Assembly: GCA_035762385.1 (NCBI GenBank)
Contig: DASTPB010000099.1
Coordinates: forward strand, 1-42,470
Reading direction: 5' to 3'
Length of the DNA: 42,470 nucleotides
From: Nocardioides sp.
GTDB lineage: Bacteria > Actinomycetota > Actinomycetes > Propionibacteriales > Nocardioidaceae
A program made the position numbers and the translations under genes. Positions 1 to 8,433 of the stretch are shown one piece after another. Position 1 is the stretch's first letter, and every line of letters begins with the position of its first letter. The notes below the pieces were generated by a model, which worked only from the letters and a program-made list of their open reading frames with translations, searched no databases and had not been told where the DNA came from.

Positions 1-1077
1 GAAGACGTCGGGGTCGCGGTTGGCGCCCCCGAGGATCGCGGTGACCATCGAGCCGGCGCGGACCTCCTCGCCGCCGACCTGGGTGTCGCGCGCCGCCATC
101 CGCCCGGTGAGCAGCACCGGCGGGTCCAGGCGCAGCGCCTCCTCGACGACGTTGGGCCACAGTGAGGGGTCGGCGGTGACGCGGGCCCGTTCCTCGGGGT
201 GGTCGTGCAGCAGGGCGATGCCGTTGCCGAGCAGGTTGACCGTGGTCTCGAAGCCGGCAGCCAGGACGAGGCCGGCCGTGGCCTTGAGCTCGGTCTCGTC
301 GAGCCCGCGGCCGTCCTCGCGGACGGAGACGAGCTGGCTGAGCAGGTCGTCGCCGGGGCTGCGGCGGAGCGTCTCGAGGTGCCGGCCGAGCCAGGTGTCG
401 AACTGCGCGAGCGCGCGGGTGACGGACCGGTAGCGCCGGAAGCCGAGCCCCAGGTCGAGGCTCGGCGCGGCGGCCGAGCCGAAGGCGAGGACCTGCGCCC
501 GCTCCTGCTCGGGCACCCCCAGGATCTCGGCGATGACGGTGACGGGCAGCACCGCGCAGTAGGTGGCGGCGAGGTCGAGAGTGCCCGACGCACGTGGCTC
601 GAGGGAGTCGAGGAGGTCGGCGGCGATCTCCTCGGTCCGTGCGCGCAGGCGCTCGACCGCACGCATGGTGAAGACGCGGGTGACGAGCTTGCGGTAGCGG
701 GTGTGGTCGGGCGGCTCGGTCACCAGCAGCGACGGCGGCTCGACGGGGTGGAGCGCGGTGGGCGCGGCCCAGCGCGAGATCCGGCCCAGCTGGCCCTGGG
801 CGGTGGGCACCCCGGTGCGGAAGTCGTCACTGGTGAGGACCTGGCGTACGAGCGCGTGGTCGGTGGTGACGTAGCCGATGCGCGAGCGGTAGAGCGGGCC
901 CCGCGACCGGATCTCCTCGACCAGGTCGAAGACACCGTCGGTGCCGGTCGCGCCGAGCCGGATGAGCCGCGCCTGGAGATCGCCCTCGGCGGCCGCCCGT
1001 CGCAGGTACAGCGTCGGCAGCGCGTGGGCGACCCCCCAGTGGACCGCCGACCTGAGCTCACGGGTGGGCGGCGCCAT
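1..1077 (-). CDS. Cytochrome P450 (C-terminus runs off the window)
   Basis: Not in the ORF track; translated by hand from ATG at 1077: MAPPTRELRSAVHWG...PPDHTRYRKLV...I-helix LAAGFETT...K-helix EEALR...GANRDPDVF. The heme Cys motif would lie beyond the window edge. Confidence 0.93.
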   Translation of the reverse strand, partial: MAPPTRELRSAVHWGVAHALPTLYLRRAAAEGDLQARLIRLGATGTDGVFDLVEEIRSRGPLYRSRIGYVTTDHALVRQVLTSDDFRTGVPTAQGQLGRISRWAAPTALHPVEPPSLLVTEPPDHTRYRKLVTRVFTMRAVERLRARTEEIAADLLDSLEPRASGTLDLAATYCAVLPVTVIAEILGVPEQERAQVLAFGSAAAPSLDLGLGFRRYRSVTRALAQFDTWLGRHLETLRRSPGDDLLSQLVSVREDGRGLDETELKATAGLVLAAGFETTVNLLGNGIALLHDHPEERARVTADPSLWPNVVEEALRLDPPVLLTGRMAARDTQVGGEEVRAGSMVTAILGGANRDPDVF

Positions 1078-1083
1078 GACCCG

Positions 1084-1103
1084 AGAGTAGTGCTGCCTAG
1101 GCT
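1084..1103. promoter_or_regulatory. Back-to-back -10 elements for two leaderless divergent genes
   Basis: TACTCT (minus, 1089-1084) lies 6 nt before the P450 ATG; TAGGCT (plus, 1098-1103) lies 7 nt before the DUF3054 ATG; no RBS on either side. Confidence 0.55.
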
Positions 1104-1110
1104 GGCCGGC

Positions 1111-1506
1111 ATGTGGCTCGTCGTCGACCTCCTCCTCGTCGCCGTCTTCGCCGCGATCGGGCGGCTCAGCCACGACGAGTCGCTCACCGTGGCCGGGTGG
1201 TGGACGACCGCGTGGCCGTTCCTCCTCGGCACCCTCCTGGCCTGGGCCGCACTGGTCGCGACCAGGCGACCGCCCGCCGCCGTCACGTCCGGCCTGGTGG
1301 TGTGGGCCGGTGCGCTCGTCGGCGGGATGGTGCTGCGACAGGCCAGCGGTCAGGGCACCGCGACCCCCTTCGTCGTGGTGGCCACCGTGGTCCTGGGTGC
1401 GTTGCTGGTGCTGCCGAGGGTCGTGCTGACGAGGTTCGGCCCGACGGTCGGTTCCAAGCTCAGTTCCAGGGACGGCTCCGGGATCGGTGCCCGTGACGGA
1501 CGCTGA
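1111..1506 (+). CDS. DUF3054 family membrane protein
   Basis: MWLVVDLLLVAVFAAIGRLSHDE...TAWPFLLG...GMVLR...PFVVVA; about 4 TM segments; C-terminal part of ORF 199..1506. Confidence 0.8.
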   Translation: MWLVVDLLLVAVFAAIGRLSHDESLTVAGWWTTAWPFLLGTLLAWAALVATRRPPAAVTSGLVVWAGALVGGMVLRQASGQGTATPFVVVATVVLGALLVLPRVVLTRFGPTVGSKLSSRDGSGIGARDGR

Positions 1507-2710
1507 CGCCCGCCCCCGCAGCGTCGTACGCTCCTCGGGCCTCGCGTTCGGCACCCTCTTCACCGCGGTGGCGCTGGTCTCGGTCAACCTGCGGCCCGGG
1601 GCGTCCTCGGTGGGCCCGGTGCTCGAGGAGCTGCGCACCGACCTGGGCATGGGTGCGGTTGCCGCCGGTGCCATGACCGGGCTGCCCGGGCTGGTCTTCG
1701 GCCTCGCGGGGGCCGTGGCGGTGGGGTTCGCCCGCAAGGTGGGCATGACCGCCGGCATCGCGCTCGGCCTCGCCGCGCTCGCCCTCGGTCTCCTCCTGCG
1801 CGTCACCACCGACGGGGTCCCGCTGTTCCTCGTCCTCACCGTCCTCGGTCTCGCCGGGATGGCCGTCGGCAACGTCCTCGTGCCGGCGTGGATCAAGGCC
1901 CACGGGCACGCCGTCGCGCTCATGACCGTCTACGGCACCGGCCTCGTCGTGGGCGCCACCCTCAGCTCCGTGGCGACCGCACCGGTCAGCGAGGCAGCCG
2001 GGTCGTGGCGGGCCGGGCTGGGCGCGTGGGGCCTCTTCGCGCTCCTCGCCCTCCCGCTGTGGGGGTGGCTGGCCGTCCGCGAGCGCCGCTCCCCCGCCGA
2101 GCACCAGGTCAGCGGCGACGCCGCTCCCAGCGGGCGGATCATCCACTCCCCGACCGCCGTGGCGTTGACGGTGCTCTTCGGTGTGCAGTCGATGCACGCC
2201 TACGTCCAGTTCGGCTGGCTCCCGCAGGTCTACCGCGACGCCGGCATCTCGGCGTCCCACGCGGGCGCGCTGCAGGCGCTGCTCTCGGGCGTCGGCATCG
2301 CGGGGGCCCTGGTCCTGCCCACGATCATCGAGCGCGGCCGCGGACTGCGCGCGATGGCGGTGTCCTTCGGGGTGATGCTCGCCCTCGGCTACACCGGCCT
2401 GGTCGTCGCACCGGCCACCGTCCCCTGGGCCTGGGCGCTGATGCTCGGCTACTCCGGACTCGCCTTCCCGACCGCGATCGCCCTCATCGCCGCCCGCACC
2501 CGCCACCCGTCGGTCACCGCCCAGCTGTCCGGCTTCGTGCAGCCGGTCGGCTACGCGCTGGCCGCCGTCGGGCCGTTCCTGGTCGGCCTGGCGCACGAGG
2601 CGACCGGAGGCTGGACGCTCGTGCTCGTCCTGCTGGCCCTCACCTCGGTGCCCCTGACGATCGCAGGCGTGCGCGTGGCCCGAGCGACGTACGTCGACGA
2701 CGAGATCTGA
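1487..2710 (+). CDS. MFS transporter, CynX/NimT family
   Basis: NLRPGASSVGP N-terminal motif, GNVLVPAWIK, LSGFVQPVGY; about 12 TM segments. Start may be GTG at 1493. Confidence 0.88.
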   Translation: MPVTDADARPRSVVRSSGLAFGTLFTAVALVSVNLRPGASSVGPVLEELRTDLGMGAVAAGAMTGLPGLVFGLAGAVAVGFARKVGMTAGIALGLAALALGLLLRVTTDGVPLFLVLTVLGLAGMAVGNVLVPAWIKAHGHAVALMTVYGTGLVVGATLSSVATAPVSEAAGSWRAGLGAWGLFALLALPLWGWLAVRERRSPAEHQVSGDAAPSGRIIHSPTAVALTVLFGVQSMHAYVQFGWLPQVYRDAGISASHAGALQALLSGVGIAGALVLPTIIERGRGLRAMAVSFGVMLALGYTGLVVAPATVPWAWALMLGYSGLAFPTAIALIAARTRHPSVTAQLSGFVQPVGYALAAVGPFLVGLAHEATGGWTLVLVLLALTSVPLTIAGVRVARATYVDDEI

Positions 2711-2728
2711 CAGCCGGCCTCCGGCCGC

Positions 2729-3493
2729 TCATCCCACCGCCTCGACCCGGCCGTCCGCCCACACCACCACGCCGGTGCGGAGGCGTGAGCGCAGCCAGTC
2801 CGGGCCGTCGAGCCCGAGGGCGAAGGCGGTGGTCGCGTCGATGTCGACGCTCGTGAGGGAGGCGCCGACCACCGTCACCGAGGCGAGTGAGGCCACCGCA
2901 CGGCCGGTCCGTCCGTCGACCACGTGCGCGCCGCGGTGCGCCGACCCGGACGTCGCCACGGCGCCGCGCCGGACCGGGACGCGCGCGACCAGCCGCATCG
3001 GGTCGAAGGGGTGCTCGACGCCGACCGTCCACGGCTCGCCGTCGGGGTCCGCGACGTGGCAGACCATGTCGCCACCGGCCGACAGGCAGACGTCCGTGCC
3101 GGGCAGCTCGAGCAGCGGTGCGACCGCCCGCTCGACCGCCCACCCCTTGACGACGCCGCTGGGGTCGAGGCGTCGTACGCCGTCCGCTTCGGTCCGCCAC
3201 ACGTCGAACGCCCCGTGCGACGAGGCGCGTGCGTCGTCGCCCAGGCGCATCACCTCGGCCACCGCCGGGTCGCACGCCTCGAGGGCCAGCTCGCCCCGGC
3301 CCAACCGCGACACCTCGCTGTCGGCGCGCCAGGTGCTGAACACCGCGTCCACCCACCGCAGCTCGGCCAGCGCCGCCTGCCACGCCCCCTCGGCCCGGTC
3401 GTCCCGCGTGTGCGCGCCGCGCAGGGCGAGGCTGATCGGCATGCCCATCACGTGCTCGACACGACGCGCGATCCCAGCGCGCACGGCGGTCAC
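2729..3493 (-). CDS. apbE: FAD:protein FMN transferase (ApbE family, short form)
   Basis: VMGMPISL, FSTWRADSEVSR, LDPSGVVKGWAVE, AGGD, VATSG, DIDATTAF motifs. Confidence 0.9.
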   Translation of the reverse strand: MTAVRAGIARRVEHVMGMPISLALRGAHTRDDRAEGAWQAALAELRWVDAVFSTWRADSEVSRLGRGELALEACDPAVAEVMRLGDDARASSHGAFDVWRTEADGVRRLDPSGVVKGWAVERAVAPLLELPGTDVCLSAGGDMVCHVADPDGEPWTVGVEHPFDPMRLVARVPVRRGAVATSGSAHRGAHVVDGRTGRAVASLASVTVVGASLTSVDIDATTAFALGLDGPDWLRSRLRTGVVVWADGRVEAVG

Positions 3494-3984
3494 AGCCCCG
3501 CCTGGTCGAGTGCGCTCTGCAGGGACTGCAGGTAGCCCTGGCTGGTGTAGGTCGCGCCGCTGACCATCGAGATGCCGCTGCCCTGCGCGTCGAGGGTCTC
3601 GTTGATGAGCTGCGGCAGGGCGTACTGGTTGATCTGGACGCTGCGGCCGTCCCGGTCGGGGTACTGCAGCACCGCGACGTCCGTGATCGTCGACCCGCTG
3701 ACGGCCACCTGGACCTGGACCGGGCCGTAGCGCGTCTGCACCGTGTCGCCGGCGACCTGGGAGGCGGCGGTCGACGCCTGGCCCGCCCCGGAGCCCGAGC
3801 CGGAGCCCGAGGCGGAGCCCGCAGCTCCGGACGAGCCGCCGCCCGTCGCGGCCTGCGCCCGCAGGGAGCCGGAGAACGCGGCCTCCGGCGCCGTGGTCAT
3901 CACCGACGACGTGGACGTGTGGTAGCCGAGGAGGGCGACCAGCGCGGAGAGAGTGCTCAGACCCCAGAGGACGATGCGTCTCAC
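3490..3984 (-). CDS. FMN-binding (flavinylated) extracytosolic protein
   Basis: N-terminal hydrophobic anchor, Gly/Ser linker, TRYGPVQV and the flavinylation motif VSGATYTS. Confidence 0.9.
   Translation of the reverse strand: MRRIVLWGLSTLSALVALLGYHTSTSSVMTTAPEAAFSGSLRAQAATGGGSSGAAGSASGSGSGSGAGQASTAASQVAGDTVQTRYGPVQVQVAVSGSTITDVAVLQYPDRDGRSVQINQYALPQLINETLDAQGSGISMVSGATYTSQGYLQSLQSALDQAGL
3788..3823 (+). repeat. 12-bp tandem repeat (3 copies, last imperfect) encoding a Gly/Ser linker
   Basis: ccggagcccgag ccggagcccgag gcggagcccgca inside the FMN-binding gene. Confidence 0.7.
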
Positions 3985-3988
3985 GGTG

Positions 3989-5404
3989 TCACCATCCGAA
4001 GCTCTCGAGGTGGATGTGCTGGTCGGGTACGCCGGCCGCGCGCAGGTCGCGGACGACGAGGTCGGTCCAGGCCGGCGGGCCGCAGACGTAGACGTCGCGC
4101 TCGGCCACGTCAGGGACCCAGGCGGTGAGGGCGGCGAGGTCGCTGGGGGCCTGGACGCCGTCGCCGAGCCAGGAGTCGGCTGCCCGCCTGCGACCGGGGA
4201 TGCCCCAGGCGACGAGGCCGCGCCGCCGGGTCAGGGCGATGAGCTCGTCGGCGAAGAGCGGGACGTCGGACCAGCGGTGGAGGAGCACCGCCTCGCCGGG
4301 GGCGTACGCCAGTCCCTCCGCGAGCGCACGCAGCGGGGTGATCCCCACCCCGGCGCCGATCAGCAGGAGCTTGCCGTTGCGGCGCGCGCGGGGACTGAGC
4401 CGCCCGTAGGGGCCCTCGACCCACACCCGCGAACCGACCGGCAGGCCGGCGACGGTGCCGCTGCCGTCGCCGACGTCCTGCACCGTGATCCGCAGCGAGC
4501 GACCGTCGGGGGCCGCCGACAGGGAGTACGGGTTGGCGCGCGTGCGTCCGGGACGGCCGAGGAACCGCCAGGTGAGGAACTGCCCGGCCTCGACGGGCAG
4601 CCGGTGGAGGTCCCGCCCGCTGACGTGGACGGAGACCGTGCCAGGGGCCTCGGGCACCACGGCGGCGACACGAAGGTCGTGGCGCAGGTTGCGCCAGAGG
4701 GGCAGCCCGACGCGCCAGACCAGCACGCTCCCCGCGCTCACCGCCCAAGCGCTCCACCAGAAGACCTGGCGACCGGGCGAGGAGGTGAAGTCGGCGCCGG
4801 TCCAGAGCTGGTGCGGGATCGCGAGCCCGACACCGAGGTAGGCGTAGAGGTGCATGAGGTGCCACGACTCGTAGCGCAGCCGGCGGCGGGAGGCACGGAC
4901 GCTCGTCACGACCACCATCACCAGGCACAGCGTGCCCGCGGCGGCCAGCAGCATCCCGGGGTAGTTCACGACCAGGTCCCACAACGTGGCGGGCGCGGCG
5001 GTGACCGAGCCGGCGGCGTAGCCCCAGGTGATGAGGACGACGTGCGCGACCATCAGGTCGAACGACGTGAGACCGATCAGGCGGTGGATGCGCACGAGGC
5101 GGTCCTGACCGAAGGCCCGCTCGAGCACCGGCACGCGCGCCATCAGCACGACCTGTGCGAGGAGCAGCACGGCGGCGACGAGGCCGGTGACCCGGCCCAG
5201 CGACTCCAGGCCGGTCGCCCAGCCGCCGAGATCGGCGATCCCCCCACCGGTGAGCCACCACCACACGACGAGGAGGAGCGAGAGCCACAGCGTGGCGCCG
5301 GCTGCGAGTCGGACGGCGTCGTCGCGCCGGGCCCGGACACCGATCGCCGGACCGGGTGCAGGCGGCGCGAGCGGGATCGTTGCCGGGCTGCTCGTGTGGG
5401 TCAT
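3989..5404 (-). CDS. Ferric-reductase-like transmembrane domain fused to an FNR-type NAD(P)H/FAD domain
   Basis: TM His residues (RIHRLIG, VAHVVL, WHLMHL, IPHQL), NPYSLS, EGPYG, GAGVGITP, YVCGPP, terminal ESFGW. Start chosen at MTHTSS. Confidence 0.88.
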   Translation of the reverse strand: MTHTSSPATIPLAPPAPGPAIGVRARRDDAVRLAAGATLWLSLLLVVWWWLTGGGIADLGGWATGLESLGRVTGLVAAVLLLAQVVLMARVPVLERAFGQDRLVRIHRLIGLTSFDLMVAHVVLITWGYAAGSVTAAPATLWDLVVNYPGMLLAAAGTLCLVMVVVTSVRASRRRLRYESWHLMHLYAYLGVGLAIPHQLWTGADFTSSPGRQVFWWSAWAVSAGSVLVWRVGLPLWRNLRHDLRVAAVVPEAPGTVSVHVSGRDLHRLPVEAGQFLTWRFLGRPGRTRANPYSLSAAPDGRSLRITVQDVGDGSGTVAGLPVGSRVWVEGPYGRLSPRARRNGKLLLIGAGVGITPLRALAEGLAYAPGEAVLLHRWSDVPLFADELIALTRRRGLVAWGIPGRRRAADSWLGDGVQAPSDLAALTAWVPDVAERDVYVCGPPAWTDLVVRDLRAAGVPDQHIHLESFGW

Positions 5405-5449
5405 GGCGACGACCGTGCCGGTCGTCGCTGGGGGTCCGGTGGGTGTCAC

Positions 5450-5468
5450 CTGTGCGGTTGCTGTGAGA
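5450..5468 (-). promoter_or_regulatory. OmpR/MprA-like direct repeat upstream of the flavinylation operon
   Basis: On the minus strand TCTCACAG-CAAC-CGCACAG, i.e. CACAG repeated with an 11-bp period. Confidence 0.5.
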
Positions 5469-5492
5469 ACGGCGTCTGTCAGGATCTGCGGC

Positions 5493-6413
5493 GTGCAGCA
5501 GTGGGTGGTGGTCGTCGGCGGGACCAACATGGACGTGGTCGCCCGCACCGCTGCGCCCCTCGTCCCGGCGACCAGCAACCCCGGCCACACCCGCGTCTCG
5601 CCCGGCGGCGTCGGCCGCAACGTGGCGGCGTGCCTCGGCCTGCTCGGTGCCCCGGTCCGCCTGGTGTCCGCCGTCGGTGACGACGCCTTCGGCGACGAGG
5701 CGCTGCGGGTGACCGCCGCGTGCGGTGCCGACGTGGGTGCCGTACGCCGCGTGCCGGGCGCGACGACCGGCACCTACACCGCCGTGCTCGACGACCGCGG
5801 CGAGCTCGTGGCGGCGGTGTCCGACATGGTCGTCGTCGACCAGCTGCGGCTGGAGACCGTGCACCTCACCGATGCGGCGCTGGTGGTGCTCGACGGCAAC
5901 CTCGCCCGCGACCAGGCGGCCCGGGTCGTCGCCGCGGCCGCCGCGGCCGGCGTCCCCGTCGCCTTCGAGCCGGTGTCGGTCGCCAAGGCGGGGCGCCTGG
6001 CCGACCTCGTGCGTGACCTGTTCCTCGTCACGCCCAACACCGACGAGATCGCCGCCCTCACCGGTCGCGCTCCCGCCGACTGGCGCGCGGCGGTGACCGA
6101 CCTGCACGACCGGGGCGTCCAGCACGTCTGGCTGCGGCAGGGAGCGGACGGGTCCTGGATGTGCAGCCGCGACGCAGAGCCGGTCCACCTGCCTGCCGTG
6201 CCGGCAACCGTCGTCGACGTGACCGGCGCCGGCGACGCGATGCTCGCCGCGTGGGTCGCAGCCTGGCTGGCGGGCGCCGACCCGGTCGAGGCCGCGCGAC
6301 TCGGCCACCGCGCCGCCGCCGCGACCGTCGAGAGCCCCCACACCGTCCGGCCGGACCTGGCCGACGCCATCACGCACCACACCGAGCAATACCCGTCCGA
6401 GGAGGGATCCTGA
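5493..6413 (+). CDS. psuK: PfkB-family carbohydrate kinase, probable pseudouridine kinase
   Basis: GGTNMD, PGGVGRNVA, TPNTDE, DVTGAGDAM; sits directly upstream of psuG. Confidence 0.82.
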   Translation: MQQWVVVVGGTNMDVVARTAAPLVPATSNPGHTRVSPGGVGRNVAACLGLLGAPVRLVSAVGDDAFGDEALRVTAACGADVGAVRRVPGATTGTYTAVLDDRGELVAAVSDMVVVDQLRLETVHLTDAALVVLDGNLARDQAARVVAAAAAAGVPVAFEPVSVAKAGRLADLVRDLFLVTPNTDEIAALTGRAPADWRAAVTDLHDRGVQHVWLRQGADGSWMCSRDAEPVHLPAVPATVVDVTGAGDAMLAAWVAAWLAGADPVEAARLGHRAAAATVESPHTVRPDLADAITHHTEQYPSEEGS

Positions 6414-6414
6414 G

Positions 6415-7317
6415 ATGCTGACCGTCACCGACGAGGTCCGCGACGCGCTCGCGTCCGGCCGGCCGGTCGTGGCGCTGGAGAGCACCATCATCAGCCACGG
6501 CATGCCCTACCCGCAGAACGTCGAGATGGCGCGCACCGTCGAGGGCATCGTGCGCGACGGCGGCGCTGTGCCGGCCACGATCGCGGTCCTCCACGGCCGC
6601 CCGACGATCGGCCTGTCCGCCGACGACCTCGAGCTGCTCGCCTCGGACGAGTCGGTCGTCAAGGTCTCGCTCCGCGACCTGCCCTACGTCGTCTCGCGCG
6701 GCCTGCACGGCGCGACGACCGTCGCGTCGACGATGCGACTGGCGGCCCTGGCCGGCATCAGCGTCTTCGTCACCGGGGGGCTCGGCGGCGTGCACCGCGG
6801 CGCCGAGACGTCGTACGACGTGTCTGCCGACCTCACCGAGCTGTCGTCGACGTCGGTGGCCGTGGTCTGTGCCGGGGTGAAGAGCATCCTCGACATCGGG
6901 CTGACGCTGGAGAAGCTCGAGACACTGGGGGTGCCGGTGGTGGGCTACGGCACCGACGAGTTCCCGTCGTTCTTCTCGCGCTCGTCCGGGTTCGGTGCGC
7001 CCATGCGGCTCGACTCCCCCGCCGAGGTCGCTGCGCTGATGCGGGCCAAGTGGGACCTCGGACTGGCTGGTGGCGTCGTCGTCGCCAACCCGATCCCCGC
7101 GGAGTCCGAGATCCCGGCCGACGAGATCGGCTCGATCATCGATCGGGCGCTCGCCGACATGGACGCGCTCGGCATCACCGGCAAGGACGCCACGCCCTAC
7201 CTCCTGGGTCGGATCGTCGAGATCAGTGACGGCGCCTCGCTCACGGCCAACATCGCGCTCGTCGAGCACAACGCGCGGCTCGGCGCCGCCATCGCACGGG
7301 AGCACGCGGCCGGCTGA
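6415..7317 (+). CDS. psuG: Pseudouridine-5'-phosphate glycosidase
   Basis: VALESTIISHGMPYPQN, GATTVA, TGGLGGVHRG, SADLTEL, GVKSILD, GKDATPYLL. Confidence 0.95.
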   Translation: MLTVTDEVRDALASGRPVVALESTIISHGMPYPQNVEMARTVEGIVRDGGAVPATIAVLHGRPTIGLSADDLELLASDESVVKVSLRDLPYVVSRGLHGATTVASTMRLAALAGISVFVTGGLGGVHRGAETSYDVSADLTELSSTSVAVVCAGVKSILDIGLTLEKLETLGVPVVGYGTDEFPSFFSRSSGFGAPMRLDSPAEVAALMRAKWDLGLAGGVVVANPIPAESEIPADEIGSIIDRALADMDALGITGKDATPYLLGRIVEISDGASLTANIALVEHNARLGAAIAREHAAG

Positions 7318-7345
7318 GCGCGCCCGGTCGTGCTTGGATCGCTGC

Positions 7346-7762
7346 ATGGCATCCCGACTGACCGAGATCTCGCTCGACTGCCACGACCCCGACCGGCTCG
7401 CCGACTTCTGGTGCGCGGTCCTCGGGTGGGAGGTCCTGCACCACGAGCCCGGGCTCGTGGAGATCGGTCCGGCGAGGGTCGAGGACCAGGCGCTCCTCGA
7501 CGCCGTTCGCTCCGGTCCGGTCTGCCCGACGATCTTCCTGGCGCAGGTGGAGGAGGACAAGGTGGTCAAGAACCGGTCGCACTTCGACGTCTCCCCCGTC
7601 GACGTCTCGCAGGAGGAGGAGGTCGAGCGCATCCTGGCGCTGGGCGCCACCCACGCCGACATCGGGCAGACCGGTGACGAGTCGTGGACGGTCCTCGCGG
7701 ACCCCGAGGGCAACGAGTTCTGCGTGCTCCGCAGCCTCGCGCCCGGTCACTTCTCGCTGTGA
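7346..7762 (+). CDS. VOC/glyoxalase-like family protein
   Basis: DCHDPDRLADFW, KNRSHFD, LADPEGNEFC. Confidence 0.88.
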   Translation: MASRLTEISLDCHDPDRLADFWCAVLGWEVLHHEPGLVEIGPARVEDQALLDAVRSGPVCPTIFLAQVEEDKVVKNRSHFDVSPVDVSQEEEVERILALGATHADIGQTGDESWTVLADPEGNEFCVLRSLAPGHFSL

Positions 7763-8349
7763 GCGCAGCCCTGGACGACGCCGCTGACCGCGGCGGGCTG
7801 CCCGTACGGCTGCCGGTCGAGACCGAGCGGCTCCTCCTGCGGGCCCACCGCATGAGCGACCTCGACGACCTCGTCGCCTTCCACGGCGATCCCGAGGTGG
7901 TGCGGTTCGTGCCGTGGCCGGTCCGCGACCGGGCGGCGACCGAGGAGACGCTGCGGGTGAAGCTCACCCAGACCGAGCTGGTCGCCCACGGCCAGTGGCT
8001 CGTCCTCGCCGTCGAGCTGCGGTCCACGGGCACGGTGATCGGCGAGGTGCTGCTGAAGTGGGCCTCGCACCGCCAGGGCGAGGTGGGCTTCGCCCTCGGT
8101 GGCGACCACCACGGCCGCGGTTATGCCCTCGAGGCCGCCACCGCGATGCTGCGGTTGGGCTTCGACGACCTGGGGTTCCACCGCATCACCGCCGTGTGCA
8201 TCGAGGACAACGTCGCGTCCGCGCGGCTGTTGACGCGGCTGGGCATGCGGCAGGAGGCGCGCCTGGTCGACAACGTCGTGTTCAAGGGTGAGTGGGTCAC
8301 GCAGCTGGTGTTCGCGATGCTCGAGGACGAGTGGCGCGCGCGCACTTGA
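7759..8349 (+). CDS. GNAT N-acetyltransferase, RimJ/RimL family
   Basis: ETERLLLR, GEVGF, HGRGYALEA, NVASARLLTRLGM; GTG start overlaps the upstream stop. Confidence 0.88.
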   Translation: MSAALDDAADRGGLPVRLPVETERLLLRAHRMSDLDDLVAFHGDPEVVRFVPWPVRDRAATEETLRVKLTQTELVAHGQWLVLAVELRSTGTVIGEVLLKWASHRQGEVGFALGGDHHGRGYALEAATAMLRLGFDDLGFHRITAVCIEDNVASARLLTRLGMRQEARLVDNVVFKGEWVTQLVFAMLEDEWRART

Positions 8350-8365
8350 GCCTCTGGACCCGGAC

Positions 8366-8412
8366 TGTGACATGCATTACATTCACGCGCATCCAGTGCG
8401 TATCCGTAACGC
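8366..8412 (+). promoter_or_regulatory. Putative operator and promoter of the cyanophycinase gene
   Basis: TGTGA-catgca-TTACA (8366-8381) followed by GTAACG at 8406; same layout as 10667-10713. Confidence 0.6.
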
Positions 8413-8433
8413 CTGACACAACCGGAGGTCCCC

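Noticed and set aside
199-1110. N-terminal 304 aa of ORF 199..1506
   Set aside because: Antisense to the P450; only the part from ATG 1111 looks like a real protein.
3953-6503. Long ORFs 3953..5680 (+) and 4110..6503 (-)
   Set aside because: They overlap well-supported genes and are either antisense or Arg/Pro-rich off-frame translations.
5493-7317. Pseudouridine catabolism pair as a novel system
   Set aside because: psuK-psuG is a well-described pathway.
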